Positions 18,462 to 28,968 of a stretch of 64,000 nucleotides of DNA are shown here, piece by piece (position 1 is the first letter of the stretch; each line of letters starts with the position of its first letter). Under the pieces are notes generated by a model that did no database searches, was not told the origin of the DNA, and worked only from the letters and a program-made list of their open reading frames with translations. The translations under genes and the position numbers were made by a program. Origin of the DNA: Pseudomonadota bacterium (lineage in GTDB: Bacteria > Pseudomonadota > Alphaproteobacteria > Rhizobiales > Hyphomicrobiaceae); assembly GCA_023423275.1 (NCBI GenBank), contig JAFAFW010000066.1, forward strand, positions 6,285 through 70,284, written 5' to 3'.

Positions 18462-20879
18462 TCAGCCGCAGCGCGAGAAGCCGCAATCACGGCACACCCA
18501 GCAGCCTTCTTCACGCACGAAGGCAAGCGACGAGCAGCGTGGGCAGGAGCGGGCCCGGGGACGAGCGGCTACTCGGGCAGGGCCGACGTTCACGTCCGCC
18601 GCCTTCAAGGCTTCCAGCACGGGGGCCGTGTTCTCCGAGCCTTTCTGCAGGAAGCCCGTCCGTATCATGTGCGTCTCGATGACCCCGCCGATCGCGGCGA
18701 GGAGGCTCGGCACGTAGCGGCCTCCTATCCATTGCCCGCCTTGCGGATCGAAGACCGCTTTCAGCTCCTCGACCACGAAACTGACATCGCCGCCGCGACG
18801 GAATACGGCGCTGATCATGCGGGTGAGCGCGACGGTCCAGGCATAGTGTTCGAGGTTGCGTGTGTTGATGAAAATCTCGAACGGCCGCCGCCGCCCGTCA
18901 TGCTCGATGTCGTTGATGGTGATGTAGATCGCGTGATCGCTGTCTGGCCATTTCAGTTTGTAGGTGTACCCGGCGAGCGCCGTTTCACGCTCAAGCGGCT
19001 TGGCCATGTAGACGACGGCGCTGTCTTCGAGCCCGCGAGCGGGCTGCGGCCGAGGCGGGGAGGCTGGCCGATCGGGAGGGATCGCGGTTTCCGTGACTGC
19101 GGGGCCGCCACTGCTCGTTGACGACGGTGCCTCGCTGGCGGCCGAAGAGTCCCCGCTGGACAGGATTGCGCCCGTTACAGCGTTGGGCCGGAACGTCGTG
19201 CACCCCTTGAGGCCTAGGTCGTAGGCTTCGAGATAGACATCCTGGAAATCCTCGAAGGAGATGCCAGCCGGGCAGTTGATTGTCTTTGAAATGGAGCTGT
19301 CGACGTGGCGCTGCAGGGCCGCCTGCATTTGCAGATGGGCTGACGGAGCCAGATCGGCAGTCGACACGAACGTTTCGGGCAGTGGCGCGGCCTTGCCAAA
19401 GCGCGCGCGGAACAAGGCGTGCGCGTAGTCTTCGACGATCATCTCGCGATGGCTGCCGTCACGTTCCAGCAAACGCCGGCGATAAGTGAAATCGAAAACC
19501 GGTTCGACCCCGCTCGAGACATTGCCCGCAAGCAGCGAAATCGTTCCCGTCGGTGCGATCGAGGTCAGGCACCCATTGCGGATGCCGTTTGCGCCGATGG
19601 CGCGCCGGACCTCCGCGGGCAGCCGCATCACGCCGGGCCGGGCCAGGAACTTCTCAGCATCAAACAGCGGGAAGCTACCCTTTTCAGCGGCCAGTTCGGC
19701 GCTGGCCGTGTAAGCGGCGCGCTGGACATGAGCCATCCACGTTTCCGCGAAAGCCAAAGCTTCCTTCGAGCCGTAACGCGCGCCCGCGAAAATCAGCGCG
19801 TCGGCCAGACCGGTCACACCAAGCCCAATGCGCCGCTTGGCCTTGGCTTCGGCGCGCTGGGCTTCCAGGGGATAGTTCGAGACGTCGATGACGGCATCGA
19901 GCAAGCGGACAGCGATCCGCACCCGTTCTTCCAGCCGGGCGAGGTCGATGTCGGCGCCGGCCTCGAACGGATGGGCGACCAGCCGCGCCAGATTGATCGA
20001 CCCGAGAAGACAGGCGCCGTAGGCGGGAAGCGGTTGCTCTCCACACGGATTCGTAGCGTGGATTTCCTCGCAATAGGCGAGGTTGTTCGCGTCGTTGATG
20101 CGGTCGATGAAAATAACGCCCGGCTCGGCGAACTCGTAGGTGGCGCGCATGATGCGCTCCCACAGGTCTCGGGCGTCGAGCGTGCGGACCACGCGGCCAT
20201 CGAAGACGAGGTCCCATGGCTTGTCCTCTCGAACAGCATGGACGAAGGCGTCTGTGACGAGCACCGACAGATTGAAGTTGCGCAGCCGGGCCGCGTCCGC
20301 CTTGACGGCAACGAACTCCTCGATGTCGGGATGATCGCAGCGCAGTGTCGCCATCATCGCCCCGCGCCGTGCGCCGGCCGACATGATGGTGCGGCACATT
20401 GCGTCCCAGACATCCATGAAGCTCACCGGCCCGGAGGCATCCGAGCCGATGCTGCGCACGAGCGCGCCCTTGGGACGGAGTGTCGAGAAATCGTGCCCGA
20501 TGCCGCCGCCTTGCTGCATGGTCAGTGCAGCTTCCTTGACGTTCTCGAAAATCGCGCCGAGGTCGTCCTCGATGCGGCCCATGACGAAGCAGTTGAAGAG
20601 TGTCACCTGCCTGTTGCTGCCGGCTCCGGCGATGATGCGGCCCGCCGGAAGGAAGCCGAAATCGGCCAGCTCGGTATAGTACCGCTCGGCCCATCGCTCC
20701 CGGACCTTCCTGCCACCCTTCTCGACAGATGCGGCTGCCGTTGCGACCCGCCGCCAGGTCTCCTCGATGGTGCGATCGATCGGCTCGCCGTCCGCTGTCC
20801 TCAGGCGATACTTTTCTTGCCAGATATGCTCTGAAATCGGGCTGATTTTGAGAGGATCGGGGCGCATTCCGTACTCCAC
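18462..20879 (-). CDS. nrdJ: Class II (adenosylcobalamin-dependent) ribonucleotide reductase with C-terminal TSCPD-like domain and zinc ribbon
   Basis: TLFNCF, RRGAMM, NPCGEQPL, IAPTGTIS, SISKTIN and CPRC...CRDC..SRCG motifs; start may be ATG 20867. Confidence 0.93.
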   Translation of the reverse strand: MEYGMRPDPLKISPISEHIWQEKYRLRTADGEPIDRTIEETWRRVATAAASVEKGGRKVRERWAERYYTELADFGFLPAGRIIAGAGSNRQVTLFNCFVMGRIEDDLGAIFENVKEAALTMQQGGGIGHDFSTLRPKGALVRSIGSDASGPVSFMDVWDAMCRTIMSAGARRGAMMATLRCDHPDIEEFVAVKADAARLRNFNLSVLVTDAFVHAVREDKPWDLVFDGRVVRTLDARDLWERIMRATYEFAEPGVIFIDRINDANNLAYCEEIHATNPCGEQPLPAYGACLLGSINLARLVAHPFEAGADIDLARLEERVRIAVRLLDAVIDVSNYPLEAQRAEAKAKRRIGLGVTGLADALIFAGARYGSKEALAFAETWMAHVQRAAYTASAELAAEKGSFPLFDAEKFLARPGVMRLPAEVRRAIGANGIRNGCLTSIAPTGTISLLAGNVSSGVEPVFDFTYRRRLLERDGSHREMIVEDYAHALFRARFGKAAPLPETFVSTADLAPSAHLQMQAALQRHVDSSISKTINCPAGISFEDFQDVYLEAYDLGLKGCTTFRPNAVTGAILSSGDSSAASEAPSSTSSGGPAVTETAIPPDRPASPPRPQPARGLEDSAVVYMAKPLERETALAGYTYKLKWPDSDHAIYITINDIEHDGRRRPFEIFINTRNLEHYAWTVALTRMISAVFRRGGDVSFVVEELKAVFDPQGGQWIGGRYVPSLLAAIGGVIETHMIRTGFLQKGSENTAPVLEALKAADVNVGPARVAARPRARSCPRCSSLAFVREEGCWVCRDCGFSRCG

Positions 20880-20916
20880 GGGACTGCACTCAATCTAAGG
20901 TCAGGCGCCGGCCTCG

Positions 20917-21702
20917 TCAACTTTTGTTCTTCAAAAGTTCTTCTTTTGTGTTGCTCAGCGCTGCTGCAATCGGGGGCGGATGCATAGCGTTGGCAGCTTC
21001 CTCGATCAGGCGGGCGCACGCCGTCTCAATGCGCTCCTCCAGCGTCGCCTTGAACGAGGTACGTGGTACGCCGGGTGGGATGGGTTCGAGGAACTCCACG
21101 ACGATCGTGCCCGGATAGCGGATCAACTGTCGCCGCGGCCAGAACAGCCCCGAATTCAACGCCAGCGGTACGCAGGGTAGTTTGAGGCCGTCATAGAGCA
21201 GCGCCAGACCCGACTTGTAATCCGGAGGCGCTCCCGGAGACCGGCGGGTCCCTTCCGGAAACAGGATGATCTCGCGGCCGTCGGCGGCCCGCTCGCGTGC
21301 CTCGCGCAACATCTCCCGCAGCGCCGATGGGCCGGTTTCGCGCCGGATGGGGATCATGCCGAACTTGCGCGAGAACCATCCGTAGAAGGGAATGCGCATC
21401 AGCTCCGCCTTCATGATCAGAGCCGGATCGCGAAAGAGCGGTACAAGGGCGAACGTATCCCATGCGGACTGATGCTTTGCTGCGATCAGGACCGGACCGG
21501 GAGGCAGGTTTTCGAGGCCACGGACCTCCATGCGCAAGCCGACGATGACCTTCAGCCACCACAGGCTGGTTAATGCGTGAAGTTTCAGCCCCGTCATCGC
21601 CCAACGCCGCGGGCCGAACAGAAGCGGACTGCCGACGAGAAGGAACACGGCGGTGTTCAGATAAAAGACGGTGGCGAAGATCAATGAGCGCAGCATCAAC
21701 AT
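20917..21702 (-). CDS. plsC: 1-acyl-sn-glycerol-3-phosphate acyltransferase
   Basis: KHQSAWD (HxxxxD) and FPEGTR motifs. Confidence 0.9.
   Translation of the reverse strand: MLMLRSLIFATVFYLNTAVFLLVGSPLLFGPRRWAMTGLKLHALTSLWWLKVIVGLRMEVRGLENLPPGPVLIAAKHQSAWDTFALVPLFRDPALIMKAELMRIPFYGWFSRKFGMIPIRRETGPSALREMLREARERAADGREIILFPEGTRRSPGAPPDYKSGLALLYDGLKLPCVPLALNSGLFWPRRQLIRYPGTIVVEFLEPIPPGVPRTSFKATLEERIETACARLIEEAANAMHPPPIAAALSNTKEELLKNKS
20926..20940 (-). promoter_or_regulatory. Alphaproteobacterial LexA (SOS) box GAAC-N7-GAAC upstream of nrdJ
   Basis: GTTC-TTCAAAA-GTTC on the + strand, about 50 bp upstream of the nrdJ start. Confidence 0.6.
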
Positions 21703-21713
21703 TCGCCGAACCT

Positions 21714-22448
21714 TCACGTCCGCCCGGGAGGCGTTGTGGTCGAGGCTGTCGTTGTCTCGAATGCCCGTGCGAGCCGCACCAGCGCGAAACGGATTGCCGA
21801 TGGCAGGAATTTCACGTACTCGGCCGCCAGCACGCGGATCGTGCCGGGGCTCTTCCACCAGGCGCTGCCGGGTCTTGGGCCTGAAGGCACGGCAAACGGA
21901 ATAATGCGGACGTCGGGCATCAGGCGGCCGAACTCTGCCAGGCTGCGCGGGACGTGGTAGTCGGACGTTACGATGATGATGCTCGTGAAGCGATGCGCAT
22001 CGACCCAGGCGCGCGCCTCCTCGGCATTACCGATAGTATCGCGGGCCTCGTAGCCCAGATCGACGCAGCAGTCGAAAAGCCGTTGATCCAGCAAAGTGAG
22101 GCGACGCAATTCCTCGCCCGTCGCCTGCGGATTGACGCCCGACACGAGAAGCCTGCGTCCGCTTCCGTCGGCGAGTAGCTTGGCCGCCTCGCGAATTCGC
22201 TGCTGCGTTCCGGTGAGGGCGACGATCGCGTCAGCCTTGAGGTGGGATGTATCCGTATCGCGCTTCACCGCGTCGACGAACAGGAGGAAACCGACGCCGA
22301 ACACAGCCACCAATACTGCGGCAACGGCGAATGATAGCCGCCACCGGCGCCCGGCGGATGCCGCGGGTCCGCTTGTGATATCTGTCGACCTATCCTTCAC
22401 CAGTCTTTGCACTGCCTGTGCCCGTGTCCAGGACCGCTGCCATACCAT
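21714..22448 (-). CDS. YdcF/DUF218 (ElyC-like) protein
   Basis: DAIVALTG, LLVSGV, DTIGNA, VTSDYHVPRS and EYVK motifs; start uncertain. Confidence 0.88.
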   Translation of the reverse strand: MVWQRSWTRAQAVQRLVKDRSTDITSGPAASAGRRWRLSFAVAAVLVAVFGVGFLLFVDAVKRDTDTSHLKADAIVALTGTQQRIREAAKLLADGSGRRLLVSGVNPQATGEELRRLTLLDQRLFDCCVDLGYEARDTIGNAEEARAWVDAHRFTSIIIVTSDYHVPRSLAEFGRLMPDVRIIPFAVPSGPRPGSAWWKSPGTIRVLAAEYVKFLPSAIRFALVRLARAFETTTASTTTPPGRT

Positions 22449-22592
22449 CCGGAGGCCGTATCGTCACTGCCGGGGATGCAGAAGTCGTGGAGGGATCTGC
22501 TATCCGGGGAAAGAATCATTTGCTGCAGTGCGATGCAATCTTGGCGCTGCCGTGGTTCTGCCCGCGATTTGGCCATCACGTCTCGACGCCAA

Positions 22593-23690
22593 CTATTGGC
22601 GTGCGTGCAGGATCCGGTACACGCCAAATCGGGACGTCAGCATGCACAGCCCGGCGATTACCGCGACGACAAATCCAAGAAGGATATAGCCTGCGGTATC
22701 GAGTGATCCCGTGCCGACGAGCCGGCGCATCTCGGCCAGACTCACGGAGCCGCCACCGAGAAGCTCCATCACTGTCGGCATCAGGAAGAAGACGCCCATC
22801 GCCGATATCGCACCGACGAGGCCGGCGCGGATGCCGAGCGAGAGGAAGTGGCGTTCGAATTCCCGCGCGATGAAGCGATCGGTGGCGCCCACAAAGTGCA
22901 GCACCTCGACGATTTCGCGATTCGAGGCCATCGCGCTGCGCGTCGCGGAGACGATGATGGCGGTTGTCGCTGAGGCAACGAGAACCAGAATGGCCAGTCC
23001 CCCAAGCGCGAACGATCGCGTCACGGTACGAATCTGCTGCTGCCAATGGCGGTGGTCGTCGAGCGTCACCCCCTTGAACTGTTGAGCAAGACCGGCCCGC
23101 ACGACCTCCAGATCCGGCGGCTGGAGGCGATCCAGCTCCAGAGCGACAAGGCGAGGAATCGGCAGCGTTTTCAGTGTTTCGGACTGCCCCAGCCATGGCT
23201 CCAGAAGGGCCGTCGATTCGGAAACGCCAAGAGCGCGGGCATTCCGGATTCCGGGCTGGCGCATCAAATACGCGGCGACCTCGGCGGCGGCGCTATCGGC
23301 ATCGGGCCGGTCCAACGCCTCGACCTGCACGGTGACCTCGCTGGCGATATCCCGGAGCCAAGCGGAAGCCGATTGGTTCATCATGTAGACGGCGCCGGCC
23401 GTCAGGCATGCGAAGAAGCACATGATGGAAACGACGAGCGTCAATGACCGGCCAGTGACCGATCCCGGAGGGACGATCGGCGTGTTGACCGGCTCCTTGT
23501 GGGCAACGGTGGGCCGCGGCGGTGCCTGCAGATCGGGCCGGTAGGTCTGTGTCGGAGGACTATCGTAGTCGTATGTGGGCCGCGGCGGGCTGGTGACCGG
23601 ATCCGCAAGCGTATCGTAGCCATACTCGTCATGGCGAGCATGCCGCGGCGGCGCGTGCCCTAACGGCGGTCTGTCATAGGATCCTGACAT
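22593..23690 (-). CDS. ftsX: Cell division permease FtsX
   Basis: Four TM segments; LLEPWLG, VLHFVGA.D.FIA motifs; directly downstream of ftsE. Confidence 0.9.
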   Translation of the reverse strand: MSGSYDRPPLGHAPPRHARHDEYGYDTLADPVTSPPRPTYDYDSPPTQTYRPDLQAPPRPTVAHKEPVNTPIVPPGSVTGRSLTLVVSIMCFFACLTAGAVYMMNQSASAWLRDIASEVTVQVEALDRPDADSAAAEVAAYLMRQPGIRNARALGVSESTALLEPWLGQSETLKTLPIPRLVALELDRLQPPDLEVVRAGLAQQFKGVTLDDHRHWQQQIRTVTRSFALGGLAILVLVASATTAIIVSATRSAMASNREIVEVLHFVGATDRFIAREFERHFLSLGIRAGLVGAISAMGVFFLMPTVMELLGGGSVSLAEMRRLVGTGSLDTAGYILLGFVVAVIAGLCMLTSRFGVYRILHARQ

Positions 23691-24330
23691 GACCCTCATG
23701 CAGTTCCAGACGCGGCGCTTTGAACTGCCGCATAAGTTGATGATCATGGGTGGCGATGACGACGGACGTGCCAAGCCGGTTGAGTTCGATGAACAGACGC
23801 AGCAGCCGGCGCGCCATCTGCGGGTCGACGTTACCGGTCGGCTCATCGGCGAGCAGCAGCTCGGGCTTGCCGATCACGGCGCGGGCGATCGCGGCGCGCT
23901 GTTTTTCTCCGCCGGACAGGATCGACGGGAACGCGTGCATCCGCTCGCCGAGGCCGACCCATTGCAGCAGATCCGTCACGTCTTCCTTATACTCGGAGAT
24001 CCGCTTGCCGACCACGCGCAGCGGCAGAGCGACGTTCTCCCAGGTCGTGAGATGGTCCAGCAGGCGGAAATCCTGGAAAACGATGCCGATGCGGCGGCGC
24101 AATTGAGCCCGGCGAGCCGGCGTCACGCGCCCGACATCCTGGTCGAAGATATGGAGCTGGCCGCGGCTCGGTGTCAGCGACAGGAACAGCATCCGAAGCA
24201 GTGAGCTTTTTCCTGCTCCCGATGGCCCCGTGAGAAAGTGGAACGAGCCGGGCTTGAGATGAAAGTTCACCTCGCGCAGAACCTCCGGTCCCCGCCCGTA
24301 TCTCAACCCGACATTTTGCAGACGTATCAC
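23674..24330 (-). CDS. ftsE: Cell division ATP-binding protein FtsE
   Basis: GPSGAGKS, VFQDFRLL, LSGGEKQR and ADEPTGNVD motifs; GTG start at 24330. Confidence 0.95.
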   Translation of the reverse strand: MIRLQNVGLRYGRGPEVLREVNFHLKPGSFHFLTGPSGAGKSSLLRMLFLSLTPSRGQLHIFDQDVGRVTPARRAQLRRRIGIVFQDFRLLDHLTTWENVALPLRVVGKRISEYKEDVTDLLQWVGLGERMHAFPSILSGGEKQRAAIARAVIGKPELLLADEPTGNVDPQMARRLLRLFIELNRLGTSVVIATHDHQLMRQFKAPRLELHEGHVRIL

Positions 24331-24556
24331 TGCCCGCCTCGAAGCTCCCTCGACTCCCCTTATGCGGGAAGCGCAGAAGACGATCAATCGCAGGATTGTG
24401 GCGGGCTCGTGTACTGGGGACAACGTTGGCCGGATTGGTCGCGGATCGAGATGATCTGCCTCGGTGTTTTCTGCCCGGCTTGCGTTGAGCCTGCCGATGG
24501 GTGGATATGATGAAACGCGAAGCCTCGGTGGGGCTGGCATGAATGAAGGAGGCTCG

Positions 24557-25105
24557 ATGAGCCAAAGCACTAACGGTGAGGGCCGTATCGAGGTCGTTTT
24601 CTCTCCACAGGCCATTGCGGAGCGGATCGACACGCTGGCGGCGCGGATTGCCGAGAGCGGGCTTGAGAACCTGCTTGTCGTGGCGATCCTCAAAGGCAGC
24701 TTCGTGTTTGCATCCGATCTCATCCGCGCGTTGCATCGCGTGGGGCTGAGCCCGGAGGTCGATTTCATCTCGCTGTCGAGCTATCGCAAGAGCACGAAAT
24801 CATCCGGCGTGGTGGAGATCCTGCGCGATATCGAAATGGATGTCGAAGGCCGTAACGTATTGCTTGTCGACGATATTCTCGAGTCCGGACGCACCCTTGC
24901 GTTTGCCAAGGATCTGGTCAGCGCCCGGGGCGCCAGCAGGGTCATGACGTGTATCCTGCTCGACAAGCCTGTGCCGCGTGCGGTGCAGGTCGATGCGGAT
25001 TTCGCCGCATTCGAGTGCCCGGATGTGTTTGTCGTAGGCTATGGCATGGACTTGGCCCATCGCTATCGCGAGCTGCCGTTCGTTGGGCAGCTCGTGAAGT
25101 CGTAA
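24557..25105 (+). CDS. hpt: Hypoxanthine phosphoribosyltransferase
   Basis: ILKGS, LLVDDILESGRTL and FVVGYGMD motifs. Confidence 0.95.
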   Translation: MSQSTNGEGRIEVVFSPQAIAERIDTLAARIAESGLENLLVVAILKGSFVFASDLIRALHRVGLSPEVDFISLSSYRKSTKSSGVVEILRDIEMDVEGRNVLLVDDILESGRTLAFAKDLVSARGASRVMTCILLDKPVPRAVQVDADFAAFECPDVFVVGYGMDLAHRYRELPFVGQLVKS

Positions 25106-25138
25106 TATCATCGGTTCCTGAGGCGAGGGAGGAAGGCT

Positions 25139-25501
25139 ATGGCGCGTATCCTGCTGGCAGACGACGATCCTGCGGCGTTGACCCTCGTCGGCCGGGCCTT
25201 GGCGGCGGAGGGGCATCAGGTCGTGAGCTGCACCGACGGCCACGAGGCGATGCAACATCTGTCGGCCGGGCCGGAGGCTTTCGATCTACTGGTGAGCGAT
25301 GTCGAGATGCCGGGCATGGATGGCATCGAGCTGGCGCAGCAGGCGATTGCCGCCGCACCGCGCCTGCGCATTCTGCTGATGTCGGGCTTTGCCGGCGGGA
25401 CAGACCGGATCGCGTCGCTGAAAGCTCCCTCGGTCGGGTTCGTGAGCAAGCCGCTCTCACTCGACCAGATTCGCGGCGCCGTGCGAAAAGCGCTCGGTTA
25501 G
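25139..25501 (+). CDS. Single-domain response regulator (CpdR-like)
   Basis: ILLADDD, SDVEMPGMDGIELA, MSGFA and KP motifs. Confidence 0.88.
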   Translation: MARILLADDDPAALTLVGRALAAEGHQVVSCTDGHEAMQHLSAGPEAFDLLVSDVEMPGMDGIELAQQAIAAAPRLRILLMSGFAGGTDRIASLKAPSVGFVSKPLSLDQIRGAVRKALG

Positions 25502-25505
25502 CCGT

Positions 25506-26417
25506 TCAGGACACCTTGCGCGTGACGGCCCGCATGCGAATGCGCTCCCGGTGCAGCGTATAGAGCCCGGCGCCGATCAGCACCGTAATCCCCAGGAAGG
25601 TCACGCTGTCGGGCATCTCGCCGAACAGGACGTAGCCTCCGATAACCGCAAACAGCAGGATCGTGTATCGGAACGGCGCGACAACGGCGATTTCACCGGT
25701 GCGCAGAGCAACGATGATCGCGTAGTTGCCGATGAACACGGCGATGCCCGACACGAGCATGAGGGCGAGCAACTCGTTCGATGGCATCACCCATGTTTCG
25801 AACGGCATCATCGCCAGGCCTCCGACGGCGATGGCTCCGGCCGTGAAGAGTGACAGCAGCAGAACCGGAAAGCGGACCCCTATATACCGCGTGATCAGAT
25901 CCCGGGCCGAGACGGACAGAACCGAGGCGAGCACGAACAGCGCAGCCCAGTCGAAGGCGTCGCTGCCGGGTCTGATGATGATGATGACGCCGACCATGCC
26001 GATGAGCAGGGCGAGCCAACGTCTCCATCCCACGGTTTCGCCCAGAAACAGCGCGGCGCCCGCGGTTATGGCCAGGGGCGTGAACTGCGCGATGGCGCTG
26101 ACCTCGGCGAACGGCAGGCGAACGACAGCAAGGAAGAAGAATAGGTTGGCGCCGATGTCGCCGAAACAGCGCAGCAGCATGAGAGGTGAGACGGCTTTCC
26201 AGGCGCTTTTCAAGGCGCCGGTGTAAGCCGCGGCAGCCGTCGTGAAGATGGCGGCGGAAAATCCACGGAGGAAAAGCAGCTCCCCCGTCGGCAAATCCCG
26301 GCCCGCATATTTGATGATCAGATCCGCAATGACGAACGCAGCCATGGAGATGATCATCGCCACGATGCCGCGCAGGTTATCGCTGCCGGTGGGAGCCGGA
26401 TTGGGGTTCAAGGGCAT
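25506..26417 (-). CDS. DMT/EamA family transporter
   Basis: About 10 TM segments; FLGETVGWRRW, IIRPG and VAPFRY motifs. Confidence 0.9.
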   Translation of the reverse strand: MPLNPNPAPTGSDNLRGIVAMIISMAAFVIADLIIKYAGRDLPTGELLFLRGFSAAIFTTAAAAYTGALKSAWKAVSPLMLLRCFGDIGANLFFFLAVVRLPFAEVSAIAQFTPLAITAGAALFLGETVGWRRWLALLIGMVGVIIIIRPGSDAFDWAALFVLASVLSVSARDLITRYIGVRFPVLLLSLFTAGAIAVGGLAMMPFETWVMPSNELLALMLVSGIAVFIGNYAIIVALRTGEIAVVAPFRYTILLFAVIGGYVLFGEMPDSVTFLGITVLIGAGLYTLHRERIRMRAVTRKVS

Positions 26418-26539
26418 GGGGGCGGGATCAATCCTCCAGGATCTGCCGCCGTAGTGGATGCCGGCTGCTTGAGTCGCGTTATCGCATGCCGCATTGCCGC
26501 CGAAAAGGCGCTCCTTCGGTCACAGACGGCTTCGCATGC

Positions 26540-27499
26540 TCAGCCTCCATGGCCGGCTGCGGCGAGGGAATCCTCCCCATGCCGTCGCCCGATCGCCTCG
26601 GTTTCGAACGGTGCGGTCTGGTAGATCTGATTGATCCAATTGCCGAACATCAGATGCGCGTGGCTGCGCCAGCGGTTCATCGGCGGGCGCTTGGGATCGT
26701 CGTCAGGGAAGTAGTTGCAGGGGACCTTGATCGACTTGCGCGCCGCAACGTCGCGGAAATACTCATCGCCGAGCGACCCCGTATCGTACTCGATATGGTT
26801 GAACATGTGCAGCGACCGGTGGGCCGGATCATCCAGCAGGCACAGCCCCGCCTCGTCGGAGTCGGCAAGGATCTTCAGGCCGCTGCCTGACGGGATATCT
26901 TCGCGACGGACTTCCGTCCAGCGGGAGACGGGGATCAGGAAGTCATCGGAGAAGCCGCGCAGATAAGGTGACGCCAGCTCGAGGATGCGATGGCGGTAGA
27001 TGCCGAACATCTTCTCCGGCAGCTCGTATTTGCTCATGCCATGGAAATGATGGACGGCCGCCTGCGCGCCCCAGCAGATGTTGAAGATGCCGTGGACGTT
27101 GCTCTGGCTCCAATCGAAGATCCGGCGGAGCTCATCCCAATAGGTCACCTGCTCGAAGGGCATCGTCTCCACGGGCGCGCCAGTGACGATCAGGCCGTCG
27201 AACTTCTCCACGCGCACGTCCTCCCAGTCCCGGTAGAACGAGATGATGTGATCGCTGGGTGTGTTGCGCGGCACATGGTTGGTCATCTTGATCAGCGTCA
27301 GCTCCACCTGGAGAGGAGAGGCGCCGAGCAACCGCGCGAACTGCGTCTCGGTCTTGGCCTTGTTGGGCATCAGATTGAGAAGGCCGATGCGCAGTGGCCG
27401 GATATCCTGGCGCACCGCATCCGTTTCCTGCATCACCATCACTCCCTCCTCATCGAGGATGGAACGAGCGGGGAGATTGTCGGGGATTTTGATCGGCAT
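26540..27499 (-). CDS. metA: MetA-family homoserine O-acyltransferase, probably acetyl-CoA specific
   Basis: MPIKIP, LNLMP, ICWGAQA, HIEYD and WRSHA motifs; TGAPVE has Glu at the specificity position, where the succinyl-specific E. coli enzyme has Gly. Confidence 0.93.
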   Translation of the reverse strand: MPIKIPDNLPARSILDEEGVMVMQETDAVRQDIRPLRIGLLNLMPNKAKTETQFARLLGASPLQVELTLIKMTNHVPRNTPSDHIISFYRDWEDVRVEKFDGLIVTGAPVETMPFEQVTYWDELRRIFDWSQSNVHGIFNICWGAQAAVHHFHGMSKYELPEKMFGIYRHRILELASPYLRGFSDDFLIPVSRWTEVRREDIPSGSGLKILADSDEAGLCLLDDPAHRSLHMFNHIEYDTGSLGDEYFRDVAARKSIKVPCNYFPDDDPKRPPMNRWRSHAHLMFGNWINQIYQTAPFETEAIGRRHGEDSLAAAGHGG

Positions 27500-27542
27500 C
27501 GTCTCTGTCTGACCTAGCAGGCGGGCAGGACCGACAGTGGCG

Positions 27543-27642
27543 TAACCCGTATGATTGCCGGTTGGCCACATCCTCCCTCGCGGGAGCGCCACCTTGCTCG
27601 GGTAAGCAGGTTGGCGTCGGGCATTGCCCAACTCTTGATGTG
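27543..27642 (-). ncRNA. SAM-I/IV variant riboswitch in the metA leader
   Basis: P1 CACAUC/GAUGUG; J1/2 AAGAG; P2 UUGGGC/GCCCGA; P3 CGCCAACCUGCU/AGCAAGGUGGCG; P4 CUCCC-GCGA-GGGAG; P5 GCC-AACC-GGC; pseudoknot ACCCG/CGGGU. Confidence 0.88.
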
Positions 27643-27698
27643 CGGCGGAATTTAAGGTGTTTGGCGCCCGTTTACAAGCGGATGTGTGATAAGCTTAT

Positions 27699-28724
27699 TC
27701 AGCCCCCGGTTACGCTCATATGCCGCGCCACGGCGGGTCGCCGGGTCCGGCGATCGATGATGAAATCGTGGCCCTTGGGCTTGCGGCTGATGGCTTCGTC
27801 GATTGCCGCCGACAGGACGCCGTCATCCGAGCTGGCGCGCAGCGGCGCACGCAGGTCAGCCGCGTCATCCTGGCCAAGGCACATATAAAGCGTGCCGGTA
27901 CACGTCAGCCGGACGCGATTGCAGCTCTCGCAGAAGTTGTGGGTCATCGGGGTGATGAAACCCAGGCGACCGCCGGTTTCCGCGACGCGGACATAGCGGG
28001 CCGGTCCGCCGGTGCGATAGGGGATGTCTTCCAGCGTTAACCGATCCATCAGCCGCGCGCGAACGATCGACAGCGGCAGGTACTGGTCGGTGCGGTCGCC
28101 ATCGATATCGCCGAGCGGCATGGTTTCGATCAGTGTGAGATCGAAGCCCTGGCCGTGCGCGAAGCGCAGCAGATCATCGATCTCATCCTCGTTGACGCCT
28201 TTGAGCGCCACGGCATTGAGCTTGACCGCCAAGCCTGCCTTCCGCGCGGCGTCGAGGCCGCCCATCACCCGATCGAAGTCGCCCCAGCGGGTGATCGCCT
28301 TGAAACGGTCCGGATTCAGGGTATCCAGCGAAACGTTGATACGCTTCACCCCGCAGGCGGCGAGATCGGCCGCATATTTCGGGAGTTGGCTGCCGTTGGT
28401 GGTGAGTGTCAGCTCTTCGAGCTGGCCGGTTTCCAAATGCCGCGAGAGGGCCTGGAACAGCCACATGATATTCTTGCGCACGAGCGGCTCTCCGCCCGTA
28501 ATGCGCAGCTTGCGCACTCCCTTGGCGACGAATGCCGAGCAGAGGCGGTCGAGTTCCTCGAGGGACAGCAGGTCTTTTCGCGGCAGAAAGGCCATGTGCT
28601 CTGACATGCAGTAGACGCAGCGAAAATCGCAGCGATCCGTCACCGACACGCGCAGATACGTCACATGACGACCGAACGGGTCGATCATGGGCGAAGCTTC
28701 AGCGGTGGGTGCAAGTGCGAGCAT
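27699..28724 (-). CDS. moaA: GTP 3',8-cyclase (radical SAM)
   Basis: [20 protein letters not shown] and MSVTGG C-terminus. Confidence 0.96.
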   Translation of the reverse strand: MLALAPTAEASPMIDPFGRHVTYLRVSVTDRCDFRCVYCMSEHMAFLPRKDLLSLEELDRLCSAFVAKGVRKLRITGGEPLVRKNIMWLFQALSRHLETGQLEELTLTTNGSQLPKYAADLAACGVKRINVSLDTLNPDRFKAITRWGDFDRVMGGLDAARKAGLAVKLNAVALKGVNEDEIDDLLRFAHGQGFDLTLIETMPLGDIDGDRTDQYLPLSIVRARLMDRLTLEDIPYRTGGPARYVRVAETGGRLGFITPMTHNFCESCNRVRLTCTGTLYMCLGQDDAADLRAPLRASSDDGVLSAAIDEAISRKPKGHDFIIDRRTRRPAVARHMSVTGG

Positions 28725-28968
28725 CGGTCTCCTGTCCAGCGGGATTCTACCACAACTGGCCCAGCCCGAGGGAATTTCACGTACCCTTGAACCTAGCGCA
28801 GCTCGGCCCGCAATCAAGGCCTGATCCGCCGGGATGGCCCTGATCAGAGGAGTTGCTTGACAGGCGTACCTTGCAGCAACATGAGACGGATGGGCAGCCG
28901 CGGCCCGGTCTGGCCGTTCCGGCGCCGCCGCGGGAATGTCGCTTTGTATACCTAGCCGAGGACGCCGA

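Noticed and set aside
18462..20879. Intein or intron in nrdJ
   Set aside because: Continuous ORF of ordinary length; no intein splice motifs seen
19419..20889. 471-aa and 401-aa ORFs overlapping nrdJ
   Set aside because: Antisense and alternative-frame shadows, Arg-rich with no recognisable motifs
20886..20901. NrdR box before nrdJ
   Set aside because: Only a weak single match to the consensus, with no tandem second box
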